Shown in pieces: positions 19,156 to 29,800 of a DNA stretch of 49,476 bases (positions are counted from its first letter, which is position 1; each line of letters starts with the position of its first letter). This DNA comes from Candidatus Pelearchaeum maunauluense (lineage in GTDB: Archaea > Thermoproteota > Nitrososphaeria_A > Caldarchaeales > Caldarchaeaceae), in contig JANVYQ010000012.1 of NCBI GenBank assembly GCA_030059675.1, forward strand, positions 1 through 49,476, given 5' to 3'. The translations under genes were made by a program, and so were the position numbers. Below the pieces are notes generated by a model. The model was not told the DNA's origin and ran no database searches. It saw nothing but the letters and a program-made list of their open reading frames with translations.

Positions 19156-19510
19156 CTACCGCTGCTTCTGCTCCAACTCCCCTGCCTTCTCCTCCAATAC
19201 AGCGAGCCTCTCAACAACATCTATACGCTTCTCCAACGAGTCTATCTTATTGGATAAATTTTCTTCCACAGCCTTAATCTTCTCCTCAACCCTCCTAATC
19301 TCCGATTTCAGCTCTGTTCTCACAGCATCTATCCAGTCCTTACAGCGCCTATATCTGTTCGTACTGCCTCCATCTCTGCTCTTACTGCTTTAAATTCTCC
19401 CGCCAACTCTCCCCTAAGAGCTCTTATCTCCGCCCCAGCTCTTCTTTTATTATTTTCCTTATCTCTGGTAATGTTATCCTCCAGGCTGCCTCTCTCGCGG
19501 CTCTGGCCAT
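19156..19510 (-). pseudogene. coiled-coil family paralog 1 (frameshifted)
   Basis: MARAAREAAWRITLPEIRKIIKEEL...KIDSLEKRIDVVERLAVLEEK. Confidence 0.75.
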
Positions 19511-19704
19511 CCTTAGATCTCGTATATGCTGCTTATCGCAATATAAGAGTTTTGTATCGCTACTCTCGCCATTCCCTCCATGCTCTTTATCGTCTTCATG
19601 CTTCTTAACTAAAGTTTCATCGACAGCAGCATTATGCGTCTAGGCTTTTTCGGTGAAAGGTGGTGGCAACATTTTTTACACGCATGGATATCTTTTCGGT
19701 TAGA

Positions 19705-20091
19705 ATGTCGGCTGATGAAGCTGAGCTGATCAAGAGTAGGGCTGACGCCTTCCTACGTAACGCCGAAAGGCTGATTGAAGAAGGTGAATGGGATTTAGCT
19801 GTTTTTAACCTTGAACAATATTGCCAACTCGTGCTCAAGTATAAGCTCTTGGTCAAGAAGGGAAGCTACCTAAAAACGCATTCCCTTAGGTCTTTGATTC
19901 GTGTGCTAGGCGTGGGTAGCCCCGAGTTGTTAGGGCTGGTTGAGGATGAGAGGAAGCTACATTATGTCGCGAGGCTTGAGGAGGCATATATAGTCTCAAG
20001 ATATCTGCCCTACAGGTTTGAGGAGAGGGAGGTTAGGGATATCCATCGGTTTGTAGTGGAGGTGTTTAAGCCTCTTGTCGAAAAGCTATGA
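19705..20091 (+). CDS. HEPN domain protein (pair 4)
   Basis: AVFNLEQYCQL.LK, KTHSL, LEEAYIVSRY; start placed at MSADE. Confidence 0.88.
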   Translation: MSADEAELIKSRADAFLRNAERLIEEGEWDLAVFNLEQYCQLVLKYKLLVKKGSYLKTHSLRSLIRVLGVGSPELLGLVEDERKLHYVARLEEAYIVSRYLPYRFEEREVRDIHRFVVEVFKPLVEKL

Positions 20092-20395
20092 AGACATAGT
20101 CCTCGGATATCTTAAAAACTATAGGGAGGTGGGAGTTGAGGTTAAGAATATTCTGAGAAGGCTTGACCCCGATGTGGAGGTTTACGTGTTTGGCTCAGTT
20201 GTCAGGGGTAGGTATACTGCTTCAAGCGATATTGACATCCTCGTGGTAACTGATGATCTTGAGAGGAAGTATGAGATGATGGTGGAAGTCTATAAGCGGG
20301 TGGAGGCTCCTATCGAGCTTCACATAATCACCCGTGAGAAGTTCAACGGCTGGTATAGGAGGTTTATCCCATCTGATGAGGTTGTAGAGATTTAG
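20075..20395 (+). CDS. MNT nucleotidyltransferase (pair 4)
   Basis: VFGSVVRGRYTASSDIDILVV. Confidence 0.9.
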   Translation: MSKSYEDIVLGYLKNYREVGVEVKNILRRLDPDVEVYVFGSVVRGRYTASSDIDILVVTDDLERKYEMMVEVYKRVEAPIELHIITREKFNGWYRRFIPSDEVVEI

Positions 20396-20458
20396 CGGTA
20401 ACAATCGTGCAACGCTGCTTTCCTTACTGCTCCGCATATAAGGGGGTTATGTTATTGG

Positions 20459-20739
20459 TTATCTTCGTTGCTGCTCTAGTTCCTTCACCTTCTCCTCTAA
20501 TACGGCTAGCCGCTCTACGACGTTTATGCGCTTCTCTAAAGACTCTATTTTGAGAGATAGGTTTCTAATCTCAGGTGATAGTGCCTCTTCAATTCTCCTC
20601 ATTTCTGTGCGTAGTGTGTTGTGTTTTTCGTCAATTTCTGTTCTGAGTATCTTTAGTTCCTTTTTCCAGCACTTCTCTTAATTTTTCTTATCTCTGGTAG
20701 TATTATCCTCCATGCTGCCTCTTTTGCTACTCTGGCCAT
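20459..20739 (-). pseudogene. coiled-coil family paralog 2 (frameshifted)
   Basis: MARVAKEAAWRIILPEIRK...KIESLEKRINVVERLAVLEEKVKELEQ. Confidence 0.75.
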
Positions 20740-20887
20740 CTGATTGTTTTTGGTTGTTTGTGGTTTATAGGGTTTCTGTAAACGGCTTTATGGTGGGTTG
20801 GGTGTTGTTTTATTTGGACTGGGGTTGGATAGGGGGTGAGTTTCTCCGCCTGTTGGGGGGGGAGGATGGGGGTTTAGGTATGCTGTT

Positions 20888-21245
20888 GTGGGTTTGTTGG
20901 GTATTGTGGATGTTCGGCGGAGTCAGGCTAGGTTGGAGGAGGCTTTGGCCAAGCTTGATGCTGCTTTTGCTGAGCTTACGCGGAATGTGAGTATGCTTTT
21001 TGAGGGGGCTCATTATATTGTGGCTGCTCGGCTTAAGGGAGAGAGGTTTGGAGCGGAAGTTGGGTGTGTTGTTGGAGAGGGAGCCTGAGGCGGCTTCGTG
21101 GGCGCATCCTGGGGCTGTTGAGCTGGCCAGGGGGCTTGGGGCCTGGTTGCTACGCCTCCTAGGGAGGTTTCCGAGGCTCTCTTTAGCTTCTTCGCCAGTG
21201 TTGGTGTTTTGTGGGTATTTTTTGCGAATTATGCTGGGGCATTAA
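20888..21245 (+). pseudogene. degraded helical protein gene (possibly PaREP1/HEPN-like)
   Basis: two overlapping frames in very GT-rich DNA; family assignment weak. Confidence 0.3.
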
Positions 21246-21374
21246 GTTATGTAGACCGTAATGTTCCTGCAAACTCAATAGGGTGGGGAAGACCCTGGAG
21301 AAAAATACGCTAAAGAAAAATATAGAATCATAAAAACCCCTTATAAACAAAGTAGCTGTGATAAATCCAGAGAT

Positions 21375-21888
21375 GTGGCTGGAGCCGCCAAAGAGGCAAC
21401 ATAGCGAATAATCCTCTCAAGAGATAAGGAAGATAATCAAGGAAGAGCTGGAAAACCAGTTATCTCCAATCAGAGCAGAGATGGCAGAAAAACACGAAAG
21501 ACTAAAAACAGATATAACAGAGAAGTATGAGAGGCTTAGAACCGGGATAGAATCCCTACGTAGAGAGACAGAAGAACGGAACAACGCCCTAAGAACCGAG
21601 ATAACGTCCCTAAGAAAGGAAACAGAGGAGAGAAATAACGCCCTAAAGACAGAGATAGCATCCCTAAGGAGAGAGACAGAAGAAAGGGATAATGCCTTGA
21701 AGATGGAGATAAGCTCATTGAGAAAGGAGTTAGAGGAGAAGGATAAAGCTCTAAAAGCAGACCTAGGAAGAATAGAAGAAACCCTAGCCACCAAAATAGA
21801 GTCACTAGAAAAACGACTAAACATAACAGAAAGACTCGCAGTCCTGGAAGCAGAGCTAAGAGAGCTAAAAGAAAAACAAAAAACCTAA
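21375..21888 (+). pseudogene. coiled-coil family paralog 3 (5' end disrupted; 135-aa ORF from 21481)
   Basis: AGAAKEAT*RIIL..EIRKIIKEEL...KIESLEKRLNITERLAVLE. Confidence 0.75.
21538..21753 (+). repeat. 4 x 54-bp (18-aa) tandem repeat
   Basis: RTGIESLRRETEERNNAL/RTEITSLRKETEERNNAL/KTEIASLRRETEERDNAL/KMEISSLRKELEEKDKAL. Confidence 0.9.
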
Positions 21889-22013
21889 CAATGGAAAAGG
21901 CTTTGATAGATGGACTCTAATCTCATCTCCTACTCCGCATGTGTGCACTCTTATATACGCGTATATCATAAAAATCTCCAGAAGAGTAGCCTGGGCAAAC
22001 CTAACATAAAAGC

Positions 22014-23429
22014 ATGGGATTCCAGAGAGATGCCATGCGAAAGCGGGCAACGGTGCTTCTGCTACTCATAGCCTTGCTAGCTCTCACGGAGGCAAACGCA
22101 CTCGTGGGCCCTGTTCTCATAAGGCTAAACCTGCCTGCTAAGGCCCTATCCGTGGCCGCAACCCAGTTTGATGAGGTCTGCATAGTTGTAGAGGTGCAGG
22201 AGGCGCTCTACATCTACCGAGACCAGGACAAAGCCCTGGTCAGGATAGCGCTGGAAGGCGCGCCGACTGCGGTGGCGGCGCTGGACAGGACCTGTATAGC
22301 GGTGCTCAAGAACCAGCAAAGGATAGCGCTCATAGAAACAGCCTCCCCGACACCCAAATACCTAACGCTGCCAGCCCCGCCAAGTGATGTGGTTACAAGC
22401 AGCAAAAGAGCGTACATCATATCGCCGCTGGCAGGTGAGATATACGAGCTGGACATGGCGGAGCCTGCGATAACTAAGACGATAATAGCCAAATCAGCTG
22501 AGGGGCGGGGAATGGTATCGGCAAACGAGCGGCTGTTATGGGTGATTAACGAGGACTATAAGTCCGTCTCGGCAATATCATTAGAAGATGGTGATAGCTG
22601 GGAGTGGAGCGCTGGGTTCTTCCTCACCACAATCTTGGCAGAGCAAGGCTCCGACTATGCGTGGGTTGCCGCCGAGTCCAGGCTCGTTAAGCTGGAATAC
22701 GGCCGCGGCGTGGTGGAGGAGGTCAAGCTGCCAGATGTCACGTTGGTGGAGCCGCCCCTCGTAATAGCTGACACTGGCGAACTGCTGTACGTCAGCTCTG
22801 TGCGCCGCGTGGTGGGGCTTGTAAGCGGGGGAGAGTACAGCGAGACGCGGACAGCCCCAATCAAGCCAGCATCGCCAGCCAAGGGAAGCAGGAATAGCGT
22901 GTGGCTCGTGGATAAGCAGACAGGAACGCTGGCATGGCTCTCAACCAGCAGACCACCAAAGATAGATGAAGCCCTGCTAGCGTACTCGGCTGGGCTCGTA
23001 ACAGCTTCATTCAAGGTGAGCGACCCAGACCAGGACCTGCAAACCATACTCGTGATGTTCCACCAGCTGGATGAGCGTGGGCGTGTGGTGAGGAATACAA
23101 CCGTGCCCGCTGTGTTGGAAGGTGGGCTCTACCAGGCGAGTATTGAGCCCGCTAGCCAGGCCTCGCGGGTTGCGGCTTATGCCATCGCGGTAGACCAGCC
23201 TGGAAACAGGGAGATGCTTAAGATAGGTGAGGTTGAGATTGCTGCGCAGGCAACAACTGTAACCGCCCAAACCAAAACCGAGACAACAGCACCTACACCA
23301 GCGGAGCAGCCGCCCGCAGACCTAGGCCAGCTGCTCTTCCCACTGGCTTCAGGTCTCTTGCTACTCCTGCCCCTACTACTAGGAGCTACGCTAATCTTCG
23401 GTAGGAGGAGAAAAAGAAGGAAGCGCTAG
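22014..23429 (+). CDS. membrane-anchored secreted beta-propeller-like surface protein
   Basis: signal peptide, beta-rich repeats, Thr/Pro linker, C-terminal TM plus RRRKRRKR. Confidence 0.8.
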   Translation: MGFQRDAMRKRATVLLLLIALLALTEANALVGPVLIRLNLPAKALSVAATQFDEVCIVVEVQEALYIYRDQDKALVRIALEGAPTAVAALDRTCIAVLKNQQRIALIETASPTPKYLTLPAPPSDVVTSSKRAYIISPLAGEIYELDMAEPAITKTIIAKSAEGRGMVSANERLLWVINEDYKSVSAISLEDGDSWEWSAGFFLTTILAEQGSDYAWVAAESRLVKLEYGRGVVEEVKLPDVTLVEPPLVIADTGELLYVSSVRRVVGLVSGGEYSETRTAPIKPASPAKGSRNSVWLVDKQTGTLAWLSTSRPPKIDEALLAYSAGLVTASFKVSDPDQDLQTILVMFHQLDERGRVVRNTTVPAVLEGGLYQASIEPASQASRVAAYAIAVDQPGNREMLKIGEVEIAAQATTVTAQTKTETTAPTPAEQPPADLGQLLFPLASGLLLLLPLLLGATLIFGRRRKRRKR

Positions 23430-23687
23430 CCCCCGCTAACTACCACTATCTCGTCAGACCCGCTGGATGGCGGTCTCTAGGGAGGATGTTACGCCCTTCT
23501 CCGCGATTATCTCGGCGAGCCCGCTGGTTTGGGCTAGGAGTAGTGAGGGGAGTAGGATGGCCAACGGGGGATGCCCGCTCGCCTTACCGCGAATCATAAC
23601 TCAACGCCAACTCGCTGGCCTACCAAGCGCGGCACTTGATTTTATCTCGACAGCGCTGAAAAACGCATAATCTGGGCGTAATATCGC

Positions 23688-23761
23688 TAGAATCCTCGAA
23701 GAAAGGCCTGTAGAATCCTGTTTGGAGTTTAGAATCTTTCTAGACAGGCTACGTTTATATC
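23688..23761 (+). promoter_or_regulatory. three TAGAATC(C/T) boxes upstream of TATA (TTTATATC) of the large surface-protein gene
   Basis: TAGAATC at 23688, 23711, 23730; TATA at 23754; GAGGTGA SD before start. Confidence 0.55.
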
Positions 23762-23807
23762 GTGAGCGGGCATCTGCCTGCCCGTAAGTTTGAGGTGATT
23801 AGGAAAG

Positions 23808-26800
23808 TTGAGTCAAGCCCAAACAAGAGCATCTAGGAACACAACAGCTCTGCTAGTAGCGACAGCCCTAGTACTCGCCCTGCCACTAGCACTCTTCGCG
23901 GCGCAGCCGGCGGAGGCGCAGGAGAGTCTATGGCTGAAGCTGGTAACAAACGCCTGGAAGGGTACGGACTGTCCGCCAGCAACTGGCTCCCGTCTAACGG
24001 GAGTCCCAGCCTGCGCGCCTACTACGGGAGGGTTTGCAGACAGATATAATGCCACGAACACGTTTGTGGAGCTTTACTTTAACCTAAGGCTAAGTCCCGG
24101 AGCCCCGCCCCCCGCGGAGAGTGTAGGTCCTTTCTACCCCAACGCGACGGGCTTCGTCCAGATACCATGGCAAACAAGATACAACACCTACGACAACCTG
24201 ACAATCTTCGTCAAGGCCAAGAGCTTCCAGGGCAACGACATAGGCGCAGGCAAGCCGTTTAACGGAATCATAGTCTACGCGCTATTTGTAACAAACGATA
24301 ATGATACGGTGAAAAAGATAACAGGAATTGAGGGAGTGGCAGGCCAGTATAACGTGACGGTAAACGATGACGGTCTAGTAGACACCCATAAAACAGCTAG
24401 CGCTGGAGGCACGGGTAGCAACTTTGGTAAAGATTTCGGTTTACGAGGTGGTCGTGGTTCAACTGATAACATGACGACAGGTCCCGTAGATATTCTTACC
24501 TCTATGGGTGGTAAGGGTAAGTTTGCGCTTAAGTGGTTTGCTGGTAACTTCTCCAAGCCTGTTGATGCCTGGATTGCGCGTACAGCGTATCTCTTCAAGG
24601 TCTTCCACGTACATAGCTGGTACAACGTTAAGGACAATGTAACTTATGCGCAGATATTCGTCTATGACAACGACCACACCTCAGGGGGCAGCCCTGACTC
24701 CACGCTGGTAGCTGTGACGACACGCAGCGATGGGCAGGCGAGATACACCCGCGAGGTCTACCCAACAGCTGCTCTAGACTACCTAGGCTTTAACGACAAC
24801 AAGCTAGTTCCTATACCGCTACAGACAATTAATCTAAACAACAGAACGGCTTACCATGGTGGAATAATTGATCCAAACGCGCGCACAACAGGAATAGCTG
24901 AAAGAAACCAAGTAGGTGCTGCGAAACTTAATGCTACGGTAAGAGTATGGTGGGAAACCGTACTAGTCAACCAGACGTTATATGCAGGCAAAGAGTATAA
25001 CGGAACACCTAACTACTTTGATCTCACGAACGTCAATAATATGAATAAGAAGCGACCTCTCTTTGGTGGATCGTTCCCGCCCAGCGGTACTACATCTACG
25101 GCGGGTCCTCTGTCTATGGTATATAATAACACAGTAAATCCAGGTACTCCACCGAAAAAGGGAATATTTGTAAACGGAACTACAATACCTGAAACGAAGA
25201 ATGTTGCTAGCTTCTTAAATGCTACTGTTTTCGCCTTTAGATGCGCTGTCCACGATAAAGACTTAGCCATCCATAACCCTGGCGGTAAAGACAATATGCA
25301 GGGTGCTCTCTGTGAGGTCAACCTAGTGGGATATGATAACATAACGCAGTACTACCTGACGCGCCAGCTCGGTCAAACAAATGAGGACGGCATAACAACG
25401 GAGGGCCACTCTTATGGTGGCCAGCTAAAACCACTAGACACGTTCCTACGCGTGCCCAACGCCACATGGGGCTACAGAGGAGCGCTCAATGCGAGCTACT
25501 ACTACGACCCACGCGACGCACGCAACTTTGGCGACATCAACAAAGACCCCCGCGTCGTGGTTGACATAGGCTACGTATGGACCAGGACACTGGCAGACGA
25601 TAAAGCACCATACAGCGGCCTGGCAATACAGATCAAGTGGAAGGGCGGAGTCAACAACGCCTACGGCGGCGCATGGGTAGTCGTAAACATGACAAGAATC
25701 TACAACCCATACGACATAGCGCTCAAGAAGGGAAGCGACCCAACACCTAACCCCAACAACGTCGGAACACTAACCACCGAAGGTGACGATCCTAGCCTAG
25801 CTTGGATAGGCTCGGGAGGTCTAATACAGCGAGGCACCCATCCAGAAGTTAAAGAGTTCCATCCAAACGCTACTGCTTATCCATCCCCCCTGAAGGGTCT
25901 GCTACAAGACATAGAGGACATTAAGCAGATAGTTGACCCACTCACTCCAAAAGAATTCAAAGTAGGTGGAGTAAGATTCGGAATAGATGGACTACTCAAC
26001 ATTACTGCTAACGTGTTTGACATAGCGATTAGGGCTACTGACGACCTGGGCGTCATCCTAGATGACGCTAGCACAGACGTACTACTACGGCAGACAGGCA
26101 AGTCGATCCCGCTGGAGTTCGTAACCGACCCAACAACAAACGCTTCCGGCTACTGGGTAGCATTCCAGATGCCAGGCGAGCGCGGATACGGCGTCGTCGT
26201 AATGTACGAGGGCACCGAGGTATACCGCAACGAGGCGGAGATACCCAAACTCGTCAAGACAGTATTCATAGAAGTCAAGGCTAGGGTCTTCCAGATCAAG
26301 CTCCTGTTCGTAGACTGTGAGGGCAGGCCACTAGGCGATTCCATAGTATCGTACATCCACACGACAGTAGGCCCCGTCCAGGGACTAACAGACACAACTG
26401 GCGTGATAGACCTGGGCAGGATGCCTAAGGGCAGCCTAACCTTCCGGTCACTATACTGGAAGGGCGTCGACGTGCCGTTCATCAAGGCAACATGGCCTAA
26501 CGGAACAGAGGTAAAGCCAGCAGCAGACGGCACAATCCAGCTCAAGATAGACAAGAGCTGGAGCAGCCCAATAGTACTAACAGCTTTGATAAATGATATC
26601 GTGTTCTCAACATGGGACTTCGACGGCGAGGTAGCGATACCGAGGCTCAACATAACGATATGGTGGGAGGGCTACAACATAAGCGACCCGACAAAGTCTG
26701 CCTGGACATTCCTAGAGACGATGGACCCAGGCAAATACGCAACACCGATACCACCTCCAATCCCTGTTAAGAACCCAGCAGGCTTCGACGACTCAGACCC

Positions 26801-29800
26801 ATACAACACCAGCGTTAGGGTTGCACAGTTCTTCAGGTACGTCATCCAGTACTTCAAAGATGGAAACGAGTATATCTTCTACCAGATGCCAACAGCAAAG
26901 CTAGGCGACGCGGGCGTAGAGGCGGTAGAATACAACATAGTCGTGACAACAGTGCCAGACGACAGGTGGGGGCTAGCCGCAGCCGCCGCCGCGTTCCTAA
27001 CACCAGGCAGCAACATGTGGCCAGGCACAGGCAAGCCAGTGCCATGGGAGTCCAAGATAATATGGAAGCCGACAGCCAAGTCCGTAACGCCGACAGAAGC
27101 CCATGGCAGCGGCATAGACGACAGGGTAGTCCTGAGAACCAGCACAAGCCTCCTAACAGAGGCATGCGGAGTACAGAGCGTACGCCTCAACACATGGGCA
27201 CACGACTTCAGCAAGAGGCTGGTAGACGGTGAGGAGACGAGGCTAGGCGACGCGAACTACAAGATCAAAAACGACAACCTCCAGACCATGGAGATCATAA
27301 CGACAAGCTGGACAGAGGACAACCTAGACGTGACCGCAATAAATAAGGACGACCCACTGGATAGCAAGATATGGTGGAACGGTAGCTACGTGGCGAGAGA
27401 CCTAGTGTTCGCGGCATACTTCTACCCATTCAAGGAGCCTTCAGGCGGCTACATAAAAGACCCAGGGCTGGTCGAGCTCATAGACGGGAACGACGCACTG
27501 CTAGGCGATGGCCCAGCCTGGCCGTTCAAGAACATCTTCGGAGAGACCGTACCATCGGTAACGATTGACCAGTTCTTCAACAACACGCCAGACTTCACCA
27601 AGGGTGCCTGGAACAACACATGGCCAGAGCACAACTTCACAGTAATCGGCAGCCAGGAGCTATGGGACCAGACCAAGTGGCGGTGGGAGAAGGCGGTAAG
27701 CGACCGCCGAGTCCCAGCAGTACCAAGCAGGGAACAGACACTAGTCTTCGAGGATGAGCTACTCAAGATACCGCTGCCAGTAGGATTCATAACACTAGAC
27801 CTACGCGACCAAGACGGCAAAGACCCACTACCATACGCAGTAGTACAACTAAGCATATTCCACGACAATCAGTTCGGTCCAGGCGTAACGGCTACAGAGT
27901 TCCTGAGGGTCAGGTGGAAGACAGGAATAGAGGGCAACCTAACACTACTGCTGCCAATAGCTGGAATGATGAACGAGACGCTAGACACAAAAGGCGTGAC
28001 AGCAGGCGGTTTAATCAACTACACGCTCACAGTCTTCTGGTACCTGAACAGCGGCATCGTCTACAAGGATGCGTTCAACCTGACGAAGCGCGGCTACAGC
28101 GTAGGCAACGTAGCCGTGGCTGACACCACGTTCGTCCTAGCGATAAGCGCAGACAAGGAGAGGGCGGTCAAGGACCTATACGCCAAGATATGGTGGTTCA
28201 ACGTCTCAGCTTACATAAAGAATAAGGTAACGCAGGCCGTTCATCCAGGGCAGCTGGTTGTTGACCATGAGGGCAGGACATGGAAGCTGACCGAGCTGGA
28301 CGAGACCAAGGGCGGCGCAGCGTGGGCTGATGGCAAGGTTACAGTCAACCTAGTGCCTACGAGCAAGCGCTTCACGGTAAGCGACTGGACGCTAGAGTAT
28401 GACAGTACAACACGCAGGTATGAGTACAAAGAGGTGACCAGGACCTTCGACATACCCTACCCGTCAGACAAAAACGGGGCGCCGCTAGATGGCTGGCCAT
28501 ACGTGCCAGCTCCAAACGACTACGTGCGCGTGCTGACATACGCCGAGGACTGGGCTATACAGTACAGAGTGAGCGTCTGGCATCCGGACCTGGCCATACC
28601 GCCGACAGACGCGAGCTACGGAGCAGGCGCGTGGGAGGGCACGCTCTACGAGCTAGTATGGAGAGCTAGCTGGGAATTCAGGTTCGCCTGGATGCTCTTC
28701 GGCGACGAGCCGTTCGACATCTCCTTCTGGAGGGGCACCAGTGGAAGAGGGGACTTCAAGCCACTGCCGGGCTACGCCCTAACTAGGACGTGGGTAGCGG
28801 AACCAGAGCCGGGAGCCAAGACAGTAGCCATCAAGCTCAACGCCGCGGATGTGGAGATACCGGTATACTGGCAGGTAGGAGACAGCGACCTAGGAACATA
28901 CGACTGCGGCCCGCTGTATGGCTACATGGTCAAGGGCAGGATAATACAGCCAGAAGGCTCAACGCTGCCAAACATAATCATAGACACAACAGCGCAGAGC
29001 CCACGTGTGCAGGCCGGGGTAGAGGTGCACGACGTCTGCAGCGTCTTCAAGGAGGATGGCAAGGTATGGCTGGTGAAGTACGTCTCAGGCAACACACCTG
29101 ACACGGTAGTCTGGGGTGGAGCAACGCTACGGATAGACGAGGTATCGCCACCGCCGGAAATCTGGGCAGACAGCTCAGACCCCGTCAAGGGCAAAGGAAC
29201 ATGGAGCAATTACTGGAAGACATGGGTGGGCAGCGCAGAGGACCCGATAACCAAGAAGAAGGTGAGCGAGGAGCTGAAGGAGGGCAACCAACTGGACATA
29301 CCAGGCGTTGACCTAGGAATACAGTACATGGGCTACGGCGTACCATACTACGGAGTCTCATTCGTCGCCACCGTTCAGGTGGTGAGCAACGACCCAGACA
29401 CGCGCGAGCACAGGCCATTCGTCGCGACATTCGTCTTCCAGAACGTCAGCGCCAGGATAACGGACTTCAACGGCAGGCCTCTGCCAGGCTCGTTCTTCCA
29501 GCTAATAGACGCTCAGACAGGCAAGAGCGCAGGCTGGAGCTACGCAGGTCCTGACGGCCAGATAGTGCCGATACCTATAAGGAAGCCTGGAGGCACATTC
29601 ATACTCAGAGTCTTCTACCTAGGCTACAAGGAGGACGGCGTACCGACATGGCCGGTTAACAGCTTCGCCAGGTGGCCAGTGGTTTATGACAGCAGAGAGG
29701 ACGAGGTCGAGGTCAGGGCCCAGAAGCCAGACGTACCGCTAGGCTTCCAGTACGTTGACGAGGGCGGACCAGTATGGACAGGAGCAGGCTGGGCAGAGGT

